From contig JBHGNT010000018.1 of NCBI GenBank assembly GCA_043228905.1, positions 17,546,001 to 17,610,000 of the forward strand: DNA of 64,000 nucleotides, in the 5' to 3' direction. Shown here piece after piece: positions 51,401 to 64,000 of this stretch. The notes under the pieces are model-generated. The model saw nothing but the letters and a program-made list of their open reading frames with translations. It was not told the origin of the DNA and did no database searches. The translations under genes were made by a program, and so were the position numbers. Each line of letters opens with the position of its first letter. The first letter of the stretch is position 1. This DNA is from Azolla caroliniana (lineage: Eukaryota > Plantae > Polypodiophyta).

Positions 51401-54027
51401 ATATTATCTTCATGGAGGACAAGACGCTCGCCAATTGGGAGTCGGAGAAGAAGATAATGAACTCCGAGTCGACTGGTAAGGATCGACTCTACGATGAGCA
51501 AACCTAACCGGCAAGAGACCGGTTAGCACTTGAGGGACCAGCCAGTTACGGTGAGGATACCGAACAGGCTGAAGAAGAAGTAGTGGAAGCTGAAACCGGA
51601 ACCGGCCTAGACCCCGAATCGGATTCGGATGAAGAGCAGATGGACGAGCCGGTTACTGAAGCCCGAAGACGGAGATATCCTCTTCTCAGAGAGAGAAGGG
51701 CGCCCCAGAGATTTCCGGATGCAGAGCATGTTCTGCTGACCGATGAGGGGGAGCCGGAAAGCTTCGAAGAAGCGAAGGAAGACACCCACAGCCGGAAATG
51801 GTTGAGTGCCATGCTGGATGAGATGGATTCCCTGCATGAGAACCATATGTACGAATTGGTGGAGTTGCCGAAAGGAAAGCGGGCACTCCGAAACAAGTGG
51901 GTGTACAAGTTGAAACCGGGAGATGCCGGCAACCCCCCGAGATACAAAGCCAGGATCGTGGTGAAGGGGTTCCAGCGGAAGAAGGGCGTGGACTTCGACG
52001 AGATATTTGCCCCGGTAGTAAAGATGACCTCCATCCGGACGGTGCTGAGTATAGCAGCAAGCATGGACCTCGAGGTAGAGCAGCTGGACGTGAAGACGAC
52101 ATTCCTTCACGGCGACCTCGAAGAGGAGATCTACATGCAGCAACCGGAAGGATTCGTGGAGAAAGGGAAGGAGCACCTGGTATGCCGGTTGAAGAAGAGC
52201 CTGTACGGACTGAAGCAGGCTCCCCGACAATGGTACCGGAAGTTCGACTCCTTCATGACTGATCAAGGGTACCACAAGACGCAGGCTGATCACTGCGTGT
52301 TTGTGAAGAAGTTTGAAGGAGGCGACTTCCTGATACTCCTTCTGTACGTGGATGACATGTTGATCGTCGGACGGGACCAAGTCAAAATACGGATGCTGAA
52401 GAAGGCTCTCAACCGGACCTTCTCAATGAAAGACTTGGGTCCGGCAAGACAGATGTTGGGGATGCACATCATCCGGAACTGGTAAGCGAAGCAATTATGG
52501 TTGTCACAGGAGAAGTATGTGACAAAGGTGCTTCACCGGTTCAACATGTCAGAAGCGAAACCAGTCGGATTGACACTTCCGGCAAACTGCAGGCTATTCG
52601 GCAAGCAAAGCCCTAAGACAAAAGTAGAGAAGGCGGATATGATGAAGATTCCATATGCCTCTGCCGTTGGGAGCTTGATGTACGCAATGGTTTGTACTCG
52701 ACCGGATATAGGATACGCAGTCGGAGTGGTGAGCCGGTTCATGAGTAATCCCGGCAAGGAGCACTGGAACGCGGTCAAATGGATACTCCGGTATTTGAAG
52801 GGCACTTCAAATATGTGTCTCCGATTCGGCTCCGGAAAACCTCAACTGGACGGTTTCACCGATTCAGACATGTCGGCTGATGTGGATACCAGCCGGTCTA
52901 CATCTGGGTATGTAATGACATACGCAAGGGGAGTTGTTTCTTGGCAGTCGAGCCTGCAAAAGACGGTTGCATTGTCAACCACGGAGGCGAGTACATGGCA
53001 GCTGTGGAAGCCGGCAAGGAAATTTTATGGATGAAGGACTTCATCGGAGAGCTCGGTAAATGGCAAGAGGAATACCGACTCCATTGCGATAGTCAAAGTG
53101 CCATCCACCTTGCTAAGAATGCGGCCTACCATTCCCGGACGAAGCATATCCAGCGGAGGTATCACTGGATCCGGGAAAGAGTAGATGACCAGGAGTTCGC
53201 ACTGACGAAGATCCACACGGCCGAGAACGTGTCAGATATGCTGACCAAAGTGCTGACACCCGACAAGCTGGACGCATGCCGGAAGAGGATCGGATTGGTA
53301 AGACACCCCATGCCGGAGTGAAGGGGGAGTTTGTTGGGAGACAGGTCCCTCCGGATGGGAAGGGAGAAGAACAGTGCCGATGAACAAACTCGGCCGAGGC
53401 CGAAACCAGATGAGGAGTACCCGGCTACGGAGAGTCGGATGGTGCAGGCTCGGTGAGAACCGGATAAGGAGTACTCGGCTACGGAGAGCCGGATGGTGCA
53501 GACCCGGTGTGAACTGGATGAGGAGTACCCGGCTACGGAGAGTCGGATGGTGCAGACCCGGTGAGAACCGAAAGAAGAGACATATTCGTAAATATGTTTC
53601 TGAGAGCCCATCGAGGCTATATTTGTAAATAGCCGAAAAGTCATATTAGTATAAATATGACTTAGGGCAAACTTTTTTGTGTTGTTGTTGTCAGTTTCCT
53701 TTTTGCACGAGATTAGTGTGCGTAACTGTACAGAGAGAGAGAGAGAGAGAGAAAGAGGTCATTGCCTCTATTGTAACCGCCGCCTGTGGCGAAGATTTGT
53801 GAGCACGAGGTCGGTGCCTCAGTGAACTCACTGTTGTATATTCCTACATAGTGACAGTTTGCAACCTGTGGGCTGCCGTGGTTTTTCCTCTAGTTTGGGG
53901 TTTTCCACGTAAACCTCCTGTGTATTCTCTTCTTCTTCTTGTCGAGTTTTATTTCCCGTTTTCTGTGTATCATTCTAAGCTCGGTTGTGGCCGAGCGTCG
54001 CGCATAAAGAATGTTGCGTTCTCGTCA
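48436..54027 (+). mobile_element. Full-length Ty1/copia element B (Tnt1/Tork-like): LTRs 48436-49243 and 53332-54027, PBS 49246-49257, PPT 53320-53329, TSD GAAGC
   Basis: TG..CA LTR pair. TGGTATCAGAGC (tRNA-iMet PBS). GAAGC at 48431-48435 and 54028-54032. Confidence 0.97.
49261..53321 (+). pseudogene. gag-pol of element B with two in-frame stops and one frameshift
   Basis: CFYCGKPGHFQKNC, VDSGAS, HKRLCH..C..C, RADNGGEY, YVDD, DSQSAIHL. TAA at 51505 and 52483. Frameshift near 52990. Confidence 0.93.
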
Positions 54028-57000
54028 GAAGCCGGGACTCAAGATGAGAGTCCGGAATCGTTACGGTTGAGTGGACCGAACGAGCGACTGAGTCGGTTGG
54101 ACTAGTCGGATGAAGAGACGGCAAGTGGTGGAGACTCTGTCGTGCTCTCCCCGCGCAAGGAACCGAGGAAACGGTTCACGCGCAAAGAGAAGGGGAAGAG
54201 GAAGATGCCGGAATTCGAAACCGGCAACGATTAGTCGGATCGGTGTGTATCCGACTCCGAAAAGGAGAAAGGCGGATCTTCGGCAACAAAGACTGAACTG
54301 GCCAAGAAGGGCCTCAAATCAGGTGACGGTGCGTTGCGCCGATCAACCCGCCAAAAGGATCCCGTCATGCGGTACGGGTACAATGAATACATGGCGCATT
54401 ATTATGCGTACATGACTAAGGTAACAGAAGTGCGTGAGCCGGAGAGCTACGCAGAAGCGGCAAAGGACGCAAATTGGCGTGCCGCTATGGACTAAGAAAT
54501 GCGGGCACTCGATGCCAACGAAACTTGGGACCTAGTTGATCCTCCCCGTCACTGTAAACCGATCGGATGCAAGTGGGTGTATAAGGTCAAGTACAACACC
54601 AACGGTTCTGTTAACCGGTACAAAGCCCGGTTAGTGGCGAAGGGATACGCGCAGACCCACGGAATCGACTACGACGAGACCTTCGCTCCTGTGGCGAAGA
54701 TGACGATGGTTCGTGTGGTACTGGCGGTTGTTGCGGCAAGGGGGTGGCATCTTCACCAGATGGATGTGAAGAACTCCTTCCTTCAAGGAGAGCTTGAAGA
54801 AGAAGTCTTTATGACTCAGCCCCCCGGATTTCAATCGGAGATGAACAAGTCGGCGGTATGCCGACTGAAGAAGTCGCTTTACGGCTTGAAGCAAGCCCCC
54901 CGAGCCTGGAATGCGAAGATCACGCACCGGTTGCGTAAGCTGGGGTTTGGTATATCTGAGTCGGACTCTTCGTTGTTCATCCGGCAAGGCTCTGACGGTC
55001 CGGTATGTATACTCTTGTATGTGGATGATTTAGTCATCACCGGACCGGGTCTTCCTGAAATCAACTGCGTCAAGTCCCAGTTGTCGGACGCATTCGAAAT
55101 GAAGGACCTGGGGGACCTTCATTATTTTCTTGGGATCGAAATGATCCGGATCCCCGACGGCATATTGCTCTCACAACGACATTACGTGTTGAATATGCTG
55201 TATAAGTTCGGCATGACGGATTGCCAACCTGTCTCCACACCCCTGGACCGGAACCAAAAGCTCCGTCCCAACTCCGGACCGGCCTGCAATGAGAAACGGT
55301 TCCGACAGGTTGTCGGAAGCCTGATCTACTTAACCATCACCCGACCCGACATCAGCTATCCGGTCGGCATGGTAAGTCAGTTCATGCAGAAGCCGACCGT
55401 GGAGCACCTTCAGTGCGTGCAACGAATATTACGGTATGTCAGCGGCACTAAGGACCGGGGACTGCTATACAGGCGAGGTATACCCGAAGAGCTTGTCGGT
55501 TACACAGATGTTGACTGGGCCGGCGATGCGTCTAATCGCCGCTCCACTTCCGGATACATGTTCTCCATAGGTAGCGCGGTCGTTGTGTGGAGTAGCAAGA
55601 AGCAGCCCACAGTGGCTTTGTCAAGCACTGAGGCTGAGTACCGGGCCGCTACCGTTGCCACTTGTGAAGCCATCTGGCTTCGGCGACTGCTGCGAGACTT
55701 GCGGATCGAGGTACCGACCCTGATCCTGATTTACTACGATAACATGAGCAGCCTGTAGCTCGCCAGGAACCCTGTGTTCCATGCTCACACAAAGCACATC
55801 GAGGTGCACTACCACTTCGTGCGTGAGCGGGTCCTGAGCGGTGAAGTTGACCTACGGTATGTTCATACGGATCAGCAAGTTGCCGACATCTTCACCAAGC
55901 CGCTCGGATCGGACAAGTTGCAGCACTTTACCGACATGCTTGGTATTCAGCATCTCGATGTGCCGCACTTGAGGGGGAGAAGCAAGGGCAAAGTCTCTAC
56001 CGAAACGGGCAAAGGCCAAAAAACTGTTGAACCCGTTGGTAAGAGGAGAGCCGGAAGAAGAGGAGACAAGAAGATGAAGGAAGCCGAGTCGACGAAGGAA
56101 GTCGACACATCCGAACAGGTCGGAGCAAGCAGCTGTGAAGAAGAGTTGTGCACTCAGGAAGAGAAGTGCATGCTGTGCGGAGGTCATCACGACGGTACTG
56201 ACCATGATGCGGAGTTGAATGAAGAATTCGATTTCGATTCACCGGCTGAAGAAGCCGACGGAAGCATGGAGAAGGCCAAGACTCGGAAGTGGTTCGATGT
56301 GGTGAGAGGCCTGAAGCCGAAGTCGAATCGGAGTGTACTGATTTAGACAAGAGCTGGAACGAGTCGGAGACAGCTGACTCGGATCAACAGATGGATCCGG
56401 ATGAGTCGGATCGACTGAAGGACAAGGGGACACGGACACAACGGAAGTCGATGCCATCGTGGGAGAACCGACGGATCGGCAAGTGCCGGAGTCACAACAA
56501 TGTGAGTGCTGAGATGGGCCTATTGAGCAGACATGCCGACCGAGAGGGTCGAGGCGCGCAGAACCAAAGGGGTCGCGGCAAACGAGACCGAACCGGACGA
56601 GGAGCGCGAGCAAGGCGGAGTGACGCCATGAGAAGTCGGTTGGAAGAACCGACTGCCACAGAGGTCGACACTACGACCCCACCTCAGGTTGAGCTTGAGG
56701 GGGAGTGTTGAGCGGCAAGCTCAACCGGAGCCGGATCGGCTGAATAAGCCGGAGCCGGTAAGCGAGACGGATCGGGCGAAACGGATCGGTATGACGGTGA
56801 GCAACCGAACCGGCAAGCAGTGGAGGTCGGGTGCAATCCGTAACCGGAAGTCCAATCGGAAGCCTAGTATAGGATAAACTACTAGGTAGCAATAGTCTAG
56901 TAGTAAGTGTCAGATGCTCGTGTGAGCATTGAAGTACATGGTACTTCTGTCAGTCCCAAGAGGACTTGTATAAATAGTGCTACTTAGCACAGTATGTATA

Positions 57001-57030
57001 TAGAGTCTGAAAATAATTTTGAAATTACGT

Positions 57031-57068
<38 letters not shown>

Positions 57069-57108
57069 TGTTCTCTGTTTTACGCTTCCGCAAACACTCA
57101 CGTTTTCA

Positions 57109-57505
57109 ATTTGTAACTACTAATACATGTACTATTGTTTTGGCCTTAGCAAAATTTGACAGTATTAACAAAATTTAAACCTTCATTTTTATGTTTTTGT
57201 AAAATATATGCCCGTCAAGATTGATGGTTTCATTTTTAAATTAACCTTCATATATGGTTAAATTTGCCAAAAACGGTCAAAACAGTCGTCAAAAGGCAAC
57301 ATTGGTGGTGATGCTTTGTATAGACCTCATGCTTACTAAACACCTGCTCCAACCAAGTGAGGCGTATGGAGATGAATGCAATGACACTGTCAACATAATG
57401 AAATGAAATGCCTAGCTCAATTAATTCATTAAATGTTAGTATAGCGCATACTTGCCCAACTTTTATGCCAAATTCACGTAGGATGCTACTTGAATTTGTA
57501 ACCAT
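57109..57505 (-). pseudogene. Probable N-terminal remnant of the same hAT transposase
   Basis: Degenerate W(L)E..C/H-rich segment (TWLEQVFSKHEVYTKHHHQCC) directly beyond element A, on the same strand as 44640-46290. Confidence 0.4.
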
Positions 57506-57655
57506 TTTTCATATGGAATACACAAGGTGTACTTAATCGAACTAGTTTCTAAATGAGATAGACATATATTAAATTCACATCAATATGTTTTAATTCAATT
57601 ACCACCCATTCCCTATCCAAGATATGTATGGATGTGGTCTAGATGATTAGTAACG

Positions 57656-57699
<44 letters not shown>

Positions 57700-58142
57700 A
57701 AATATGTACAATACAGTAGATGTAACATACTCATTTAAGAGTTTTCATGGCTGTTGAAAAAGAGAGAATGGAGATCGAAAGATGTTGGTGCAACATAGGC
57801 TGACAAATAGTTGAGGTTACACATGTTAAATATGAGCTTTTCTATTGTGTCATGTGCTTGGAAGCCATGAAGCGAACTTTGTGATCTTGATAGACATTAT
57901 CGTATTGAGCATAACCAAGACACTAGAGTAATCACATCTTCTTGTCCCCTAGACCTTGCAAGCTACAACAACAACAATCATTGTTGGGGATGACATCAAT
58001 CACAAGCCATATGAGCCATGTGTGTATGTGTGTTGTTGGTATTCATACGTTTGACAAAGCGTCCATATGTGAGAGCAATCGTGAGCAACATAGCATGTAA
58101 TAAAATATGTTTGATTATGAACTTGAAAGCGTGCACACACAC

Positions 58143-58222
<80 letters not shown>

Positions 58223-58630
58223 CAAAAATATGTTGAAAGAAATTGATTACAATGATTTATACAAGTTAAAACTCAATAAAATGCTTCATATTAAAATGAC
58301 AATTTACTTTTTATGTATGACATAGGATTGACAATTTTGTTGATATATATATAATATATATGACATTGAAATAAACCAGAAGGGAACTTATAAGTTGACA
58401 AATGGTAAGGAGCCAAATGGAACCAAATTTCCTTGATGCCACTATAGAATGTAAGGGTTGAATCCATAACCTTCTAGGGTCCATTGGACAACCCTACCGG
58501 TTGAGCTTTCTCTCTCTCTCTCTCTCTCTCTCATGAAGCCCATGTTCCCATATTCACTCCTTTTCGTTGGAGGTGCGTTGTCTCACTCATAACACTTCTT
58601 TTGGTGACCACAACAACGACCACAACAACA

Positions 58631-58836
58631 AGGATGTGAGTGACATGTAGGCGGGAGCCATTGCTGCTGCAGATGATGTAGAGCTCTTCGTTAGGCCTTG
58701 GGGGCTTGAAATTCTTACTGGATTTGGGAAGGATGTCCATGTCCATGTCGGCATTAATCTGCAGGTTACTGCAGTTCATCATCTCTACCTTGCAAAGGCT
58801 TTGGGTTGTATTGTGAATAGTGATGTCCATGGTCAT
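58631..58836 (-). pseudogene. Microprotein paralogue 3, 3'-truncated
   Basis: Close to paralogue 2 up to ..RLHVTHI, then replaced by a (CAA)-rich tract. Promoter region is colinear with ~43920-44180. Confidence 0.6.
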
Positions 58837-59312
58837 GGGCTTGCAGGGGAAATGGATTGGAAGGTAGTGAAGAAGGAAGAAGGAAGGCAGTGGAGTGTTT
58901 GTATAATGCCATGGTCATTTACGTACGTAATTTATATTAGACAGTGAAGAAGAAGGAAGGCAGGGCCGGGTGGGTTGGGGGCGGGGAATTGTTTCTATAA
59001 TGCCATGCTCCTTTCTTGTTGCAAAAAAGCAAATGTTTTTGTCCTTTAACCGGAAGCATTTATAGAAATAATGCCAGATCATCATTTACGAAGAAGACAT
59101 ATCTGTAAATATGTTTTGAATAAGCCTATTGAGGCTATATTTGTAAATAGCCCTAAGTTCATATAAGTCTAAATATGACTTAGGGCAATCACTTTATAGT
59201 GTGGTCGTTGTTGTCATATTGTTGTAATGGTTGTACAGAGAGCGACAGAGGGAGAGAGTGTGAGATACAGAGTGATACTTTGTTGTAATTGCTTTGTGTA
59301 AACATGTCCCAT

Positions 59313-59500
59313 TAGGGATTGGCAATGGCTCGGCTCAAGCCTAAACCGTTGGCTTAGCCAGCTTAAAGCGGCTTAGCGGCTTAGCTGCTCGGCTCGGCTC
59401 GGTTTAGGCTTGAACTTTCCTTAACGGTTTGAGCTCGGCTTGGCTTGGCTTGAGCCTTGCCAAACCGGTTCAAGCCGGCTAAACCGTTTAAGCCGTTTAT
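59313..59500. mobile_element. Truncated hAT MITE end
   Basis: TAGGGATTGGCAATGGCTC terminus plus AAGCC/AAACCG repeats. Confidence 0.6.
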
Positions 59501-59674
59501 AATGCCATGGTCATTTTTACAAACGACCTTTTCACTCCTTTCTTGTTGCAAAAAAGCAAATGTTTTTGTCCTTTAATGGAAAGCATTTATAGAACCAACG
59601 CCAGATCATCATTTACGAAGAAGACATATCTGTAAATATGTTTTGAATAAGCCTATTGAGGCTATATTTGTAAA

Positions 59675-59988
59675 TGTTGAGAATCAAGCTCAACTTGATC
59701 TAGTGTGTGAACTCACCTTGAGAGTGAATAGACACTCCAGCGATCAAGAGTCACCATTATGTCACCACTTTGTATTCTAGCATTTAGTATGAGTCATAGA
59801 ATCATATTCTATGACACATAACTTATGAGCTTTCACATTCCCCATGCTCCATGAGTCTTGTAGTTAATGAAGAGAGAGGGTGACTATATAAAGCATCCTC
59901 CTCCCACCTTGTATAATGTTGAGTCTTTCTCCTTTGTTAATATACTTAACTTTGCGTATTCTCTGTGTCTTACTCTTTGTCTCTTGCA

Positions 59989-60021
<33 letters not shown>

Positions 60022-63000
60022 CCACATAACGCACATCTCTCACCTATTCCGCTACACAAGAATCATACCCAATTCTTTACATGGTATTAGAGCGATTTGG
60101 TAGCTCGATCTAGCCCACTCGCCTGATCGTGATCATGTGTTGAGCTCTACACCGACGTTCAAGAAGAACCGGCTCATCGCTATAGTAGTGCGACTACATA
60201 GTTCGTATTCAAAGAGAGAAGAAGAAGAAGAAGAAGAAGAAGAAGAATCAACATAGTGAATACTCAAATGGGGAGCGCTCTCCCTACCGAGAAGTTGGAT
60301 CGAAACAACTTCGCATCTTGGGAGTACAAGATGCACCAATACCTTGTCAGACAAGGCTATTGGAGCTACATCAAAGGATCACACGAAGACCGACCCATCG
60401 AAATGGCTCCCGGATACGCGACATGGGAGCAAGTTGCAAGCCGTGTGATGTATTGCTTGGCGACATGTGTTCACGATCACATGCTCGGCTACATTCGTGC
60501 AGCCATGACGCCGAAGGAGGCATGGGAAAATCTACGAAAGATTTTTGCGGCGAACACAACTGCAAGAAGGCTTCAACTCCGGCAAGAGTTGAACAACATT
60601 CAACAAAGGGACATGTCCATGATGACATACACCTTGAAGATCAAGGAGCTTTGCGACTCGCTCGGCTTGATAGGCGTATATATCGATGATGATGAGATGG
60701 TGCAAATATACCTCGGCGGCCTCGCACCACGATTCAGCGCGATGCGAACCGCCGTTCTAGTACGGGAGAAATCTCCCTCCTTTTTCGAGCTCCAATCAAT
60801 GCTATTGGTCGAAGAAAACCATGTGTGTACAAGGAGCAATGAGTCGGAAGGCCACATGATCTACACGCTCTCAAATGGAGGAAAAGGATGCGGACGAGCG
60901 AGAGGCCGATTCGGCCAAGGACAAGGCGGATGAGGTCCGACCTACGACAACAACTCCCAATTTCGGCTGCAAAACAGAAGCCAACGAGGAACCTTCGCAA
61001 GAAGGGGGAGCTTCCACTTCGGCCCGAGCTGTCAAAACGCAACCGAATGTGGATATTGTGGAAAGCTCGGCTACCACGAAGAAGAGTGCTGAAAGAAAAT
61101 GCGCGAATCGGCTTCCACAAGCCGACAACTCACGAATTACGCGCACAATTCCGACTACGAAGAGTATAGCGGAATGTACGGGCACAAATCCGACTACGAA
61201 GATCGTGGCGGAATGTTCATGATGAAACATAGAGCAAACTCTATGTCGGCCTCTACCTCAACTAGTGCCCTCAATCCGGCGGACGTATGGTTTGTTGACT
61301 CCGGAGCCTCAAACCATATGACATCTCATAAAGAATGGTTTCTCGAACTTCGAGAGCCGGACCGACCCGGTTATGTCGAAACTGGACATGACACTACGCA
61401 CCCGATTCGGCACATCGGCGATGTTCCGTTCGGCGAAAGAGGTAAGCAAACATACATTAAAAATGTCTTGCATGTTCCCACCATCATGAAGAATTTGGTC
61501 TCAGTCGGACAAATGGTTGAGCAAGGGATGCAAGTACGATTCGACCAAGAAGGGTGCTTCATCGAAAAAGAGGGCCGAATCATCGCGCACGGAAGAAGAG
61601 AGGGCCGGATGTTCTTTCTCGATTCACACGAGATTAAATCCGCCATGTTCGTAAAAAGCACGAAAGCCGACTCCGACATAGAGCTATGGCACAAGCGAAT
61701 CGGCCACATCAATCTCAACAAACTCAAAGTAATGAAATCGAAAGGAGTCGTCATCGAACTCCCGACATTCAAAGAGAAGGAGATTGAAAGTGTATGCAAA
61801 GCGTGCCAAATCGGCAAGCAACACCGACACCCATTCCCAAAAGAGCGGAACGTGAGCAAAGGTCTACTCGACGTAGTCCATTCCGACGTATGGGGACTGG
61901 CGCAGACGGCTACATTTGGAGGAAGCCGATATTACGTGCTCTTCATCGACGACTTCTATAGGCACACGTTTCTCTATCCAATGTGGCAAAAGAGAGAAGT
62001 GTTCAGACACTTCCAAAGGTTTAAAAACGAAGTAAAAAAAGCCACTAGTCAACATGTACGATGCAGTCGATCAGATGGAGGCAAGGAATACTTCTCGGAT
62101 AATTTCACGGCGTATCTCCGAAAGGAAGGAATTTGGCGAGAATTCACTTGCCGATACACTCCGCAACAAAACGGCATAGACGAGTGCAAAAATCAGCACA
62201 TCCTCGAAGTAGCGCGGGCCATGATGAATGAGAAGCATATGCCCAAGTCATATTGGGCCGAAGCTGCAAATACGGCTATCTACCTAATGAACCGGTGCAC
62301 AACATCCGGAGTGCACGAGGTCACTCCGCACAAAAAATACTTCGGAAAGAAGCCGGACTTATCTCACACCCGGATATTCGGCGCGATAGCGTACATGCAC
62401 ATCCCCGACGAGAAGCGTCAAAACCTTGACCCGAAGTCAAAGAAATGTATCCTCGTAGGATACTCACTGGAGAAAAAGGGGTACAAGTGCTACAACCCCT
62501 CAACTCGAAAATCTCGAGTAAGTTGAGACGTCATTTTTGACGAGTCTGCATCCTGGTACGCACTAGAGACAACTTCGACTCCGACTCCGCTCGACCCGGA
62601 ATCCGCCGAACAAGAGATAGAGGATGAAGATCGCATTACGCGCATGTTCGAAGAAAGTTCGATCGCGACCCGACTGAGTGGAGCACAAGAGCCTTTGAGC
62701 GATCAAAGCACATCATGGCCTAGCCCGAAGATGGACAAAGGCAAGGCGAAAATGTCGCAATACAAAGACGATCGCTTCGACGACGATGAGTCGACTCACT
62801 CACTTGACAGTGAGTTCGGTGGCTTCGATGTACCAATCGGAGCTAAGAAAGCCCTCATCTCGGCAAATGAAAAGCTTCGTCGCTCCACCCGTGAAAAGAA
62901 TCCGGTCAGCTGATTTGGCTACAATGACTACATGGCATATCACTATGCCTTTATGATAAAGGTGGCGACAATACGCGAGCCGGAAACATTTTCCGAAGCA

Positions 63001-64000
63001 GCCAAGGATCCGCGATGGATCGAAGTCATGAACGAGGAGATGCAGGCACTACGCAAGAACGAGACGTGGGATCTCGTTCCCACCTCACCACACAAAAAGG
63101 TGATCGGATACAGATGGATTTACAAAGTGAAGTACAACGTCGATGGTTCCGTCAACTGCTACAAAGCGCGATTCATAGCGAAAGGCTACGCACAAATGCA
63201 TGGAGTTGACTACGAGGAGACCTTTGCCCTGGTGACAAAGATGATGAAGGTGCAGACCGTAATTGCGCTTGCCATGGCGAAAGGGTGGCACCTCCATCAA
63301 ATGAACGTTAAGAACGCCTTTCTACAAGGCGAATTAGAAGAGGAGGTGTACATGATACAACCGCCCGGCTTCAACTCAAGCACCCATCCGAAAGCTATAT
63401 GCTGACTCAAGAAGCCACTCTACGCCCTCAAGCAAGCACCGCATGCTTGGCATTTGAAGATAACGCAATATCTTCATGAAATCGACTTCCGTATGTCAAA
63501 ATCGGACAACTCCCTCTACATACGAAACGATTTCGCAAGTCCGATCGTCATCATCTTATGTGGATGACCTAGTCATTGGAGGTGAGCATCTCGTCGAACT
63601 CAATAAGGTCAAATCCCTCCTTTCCGACAAGTTCGAGATGACGGACATGAAGGAGCTCCACTACTTCCTCGGCATCGAGGTAATTCGGACTCTGGCCGGA
63701 ATCATGATCTCTCAACGACACTACATCCTCAACTTGTTATACAAGTTCGGGATGGCTGAGTGCAAATCCGCGGCAACCCCGCTCAATCGCAATCTCAAAC
63801 TGGATGCGAACTCCGGCACCAAAGCGTGTGAGCCGACTCAGTATCGAAAACTCATCGGGAGTCTCATCTACCTCACGATCACTCGACCCGATTTCAGTTA
63901 TTCAGTTAGTCTCCTTAGTCAATTCATGCAAACACGGCGTGATACTCACTTGGATTGTGCTAAGCGAGTTCTACGATACGTGAGCGGCACAATGGATTGC
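59675..64000 (+). mobile_element. Ty1/copia element C: 5' LTR 59675-60081, PBS 60082-60093, decayed gag-pol running off the window
   Basis: TG..CA LTR, TGGTATTAGAGC, gag from ~60268, WFVDSGASNH, WHKRIGH..C..C, SDGGKEY and RT motifs with stops and frameshifts. Confidence 0.93.

Larger units (their letters stand above)
46290..57108 (+). mobile_element. Ty1/copia element A (no 5' LTR; gag-pol 46331-~56700 decayed; 3' LTR ~56706-57108), host of nested element B
   Basis: CWYCGKKGH..C, WYVDSGASNH, WHKQIGH..C..C, RSDGGKEY, YVDD, KHIEVHYHF. PPT GAGGGGGAG then TG at 56706. The 3' end is approximate. Confidence 0.92.

Noticed and set aside
47270-52380. Long antisense ORFs in the copia elements
   Set aside because: Expected shadows of GC-rich gag-pol codon usage, with no motifs.

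Overview
This is eukaryotic, repeat-rich plant DNA. The retroelement types and the divergent Dof gene suggest a non-seed land plant (moss or fern-like), which is inference only. Most of the window is nested transposon debris: six Ty1/copia copies or fragments (one full-length with both LTRs and a TSD, nested in a second copia, which itself splits a ZNF862-like hAT transposase), a Ty3/gypsy pol fragment, solo LTRs with TSDs, one LINE with an intact ORF2, three decayed LINE relics, hAT- and Mutator-type MITEs, and microsatellites. Two host-gene systems stand out. (1) A predicted 9-exon, ~692-aa gene at 9901-12666, invisible in the ORF track, in which tandem duplication of an exon+intron module built an acidic LxxLL-like repeat array fused to an atypical Dof zinc finger (CX2CX25CX2C). 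(2) Three dispersed paralogues of an unrecognised ~90-aa beta-rich microprotein carried on a local segmental duplication. Retroelement oddities: a LINE ORF1-ORF2 junction with an in-frame UGA-CGG (a known readthrough context), copia elements with doubled polypurine tracts bracketing a charged pol extension, and a 54-bp array with 5 vs 3 units in the two LTRs of one element. All calls were made by eye, without searches.
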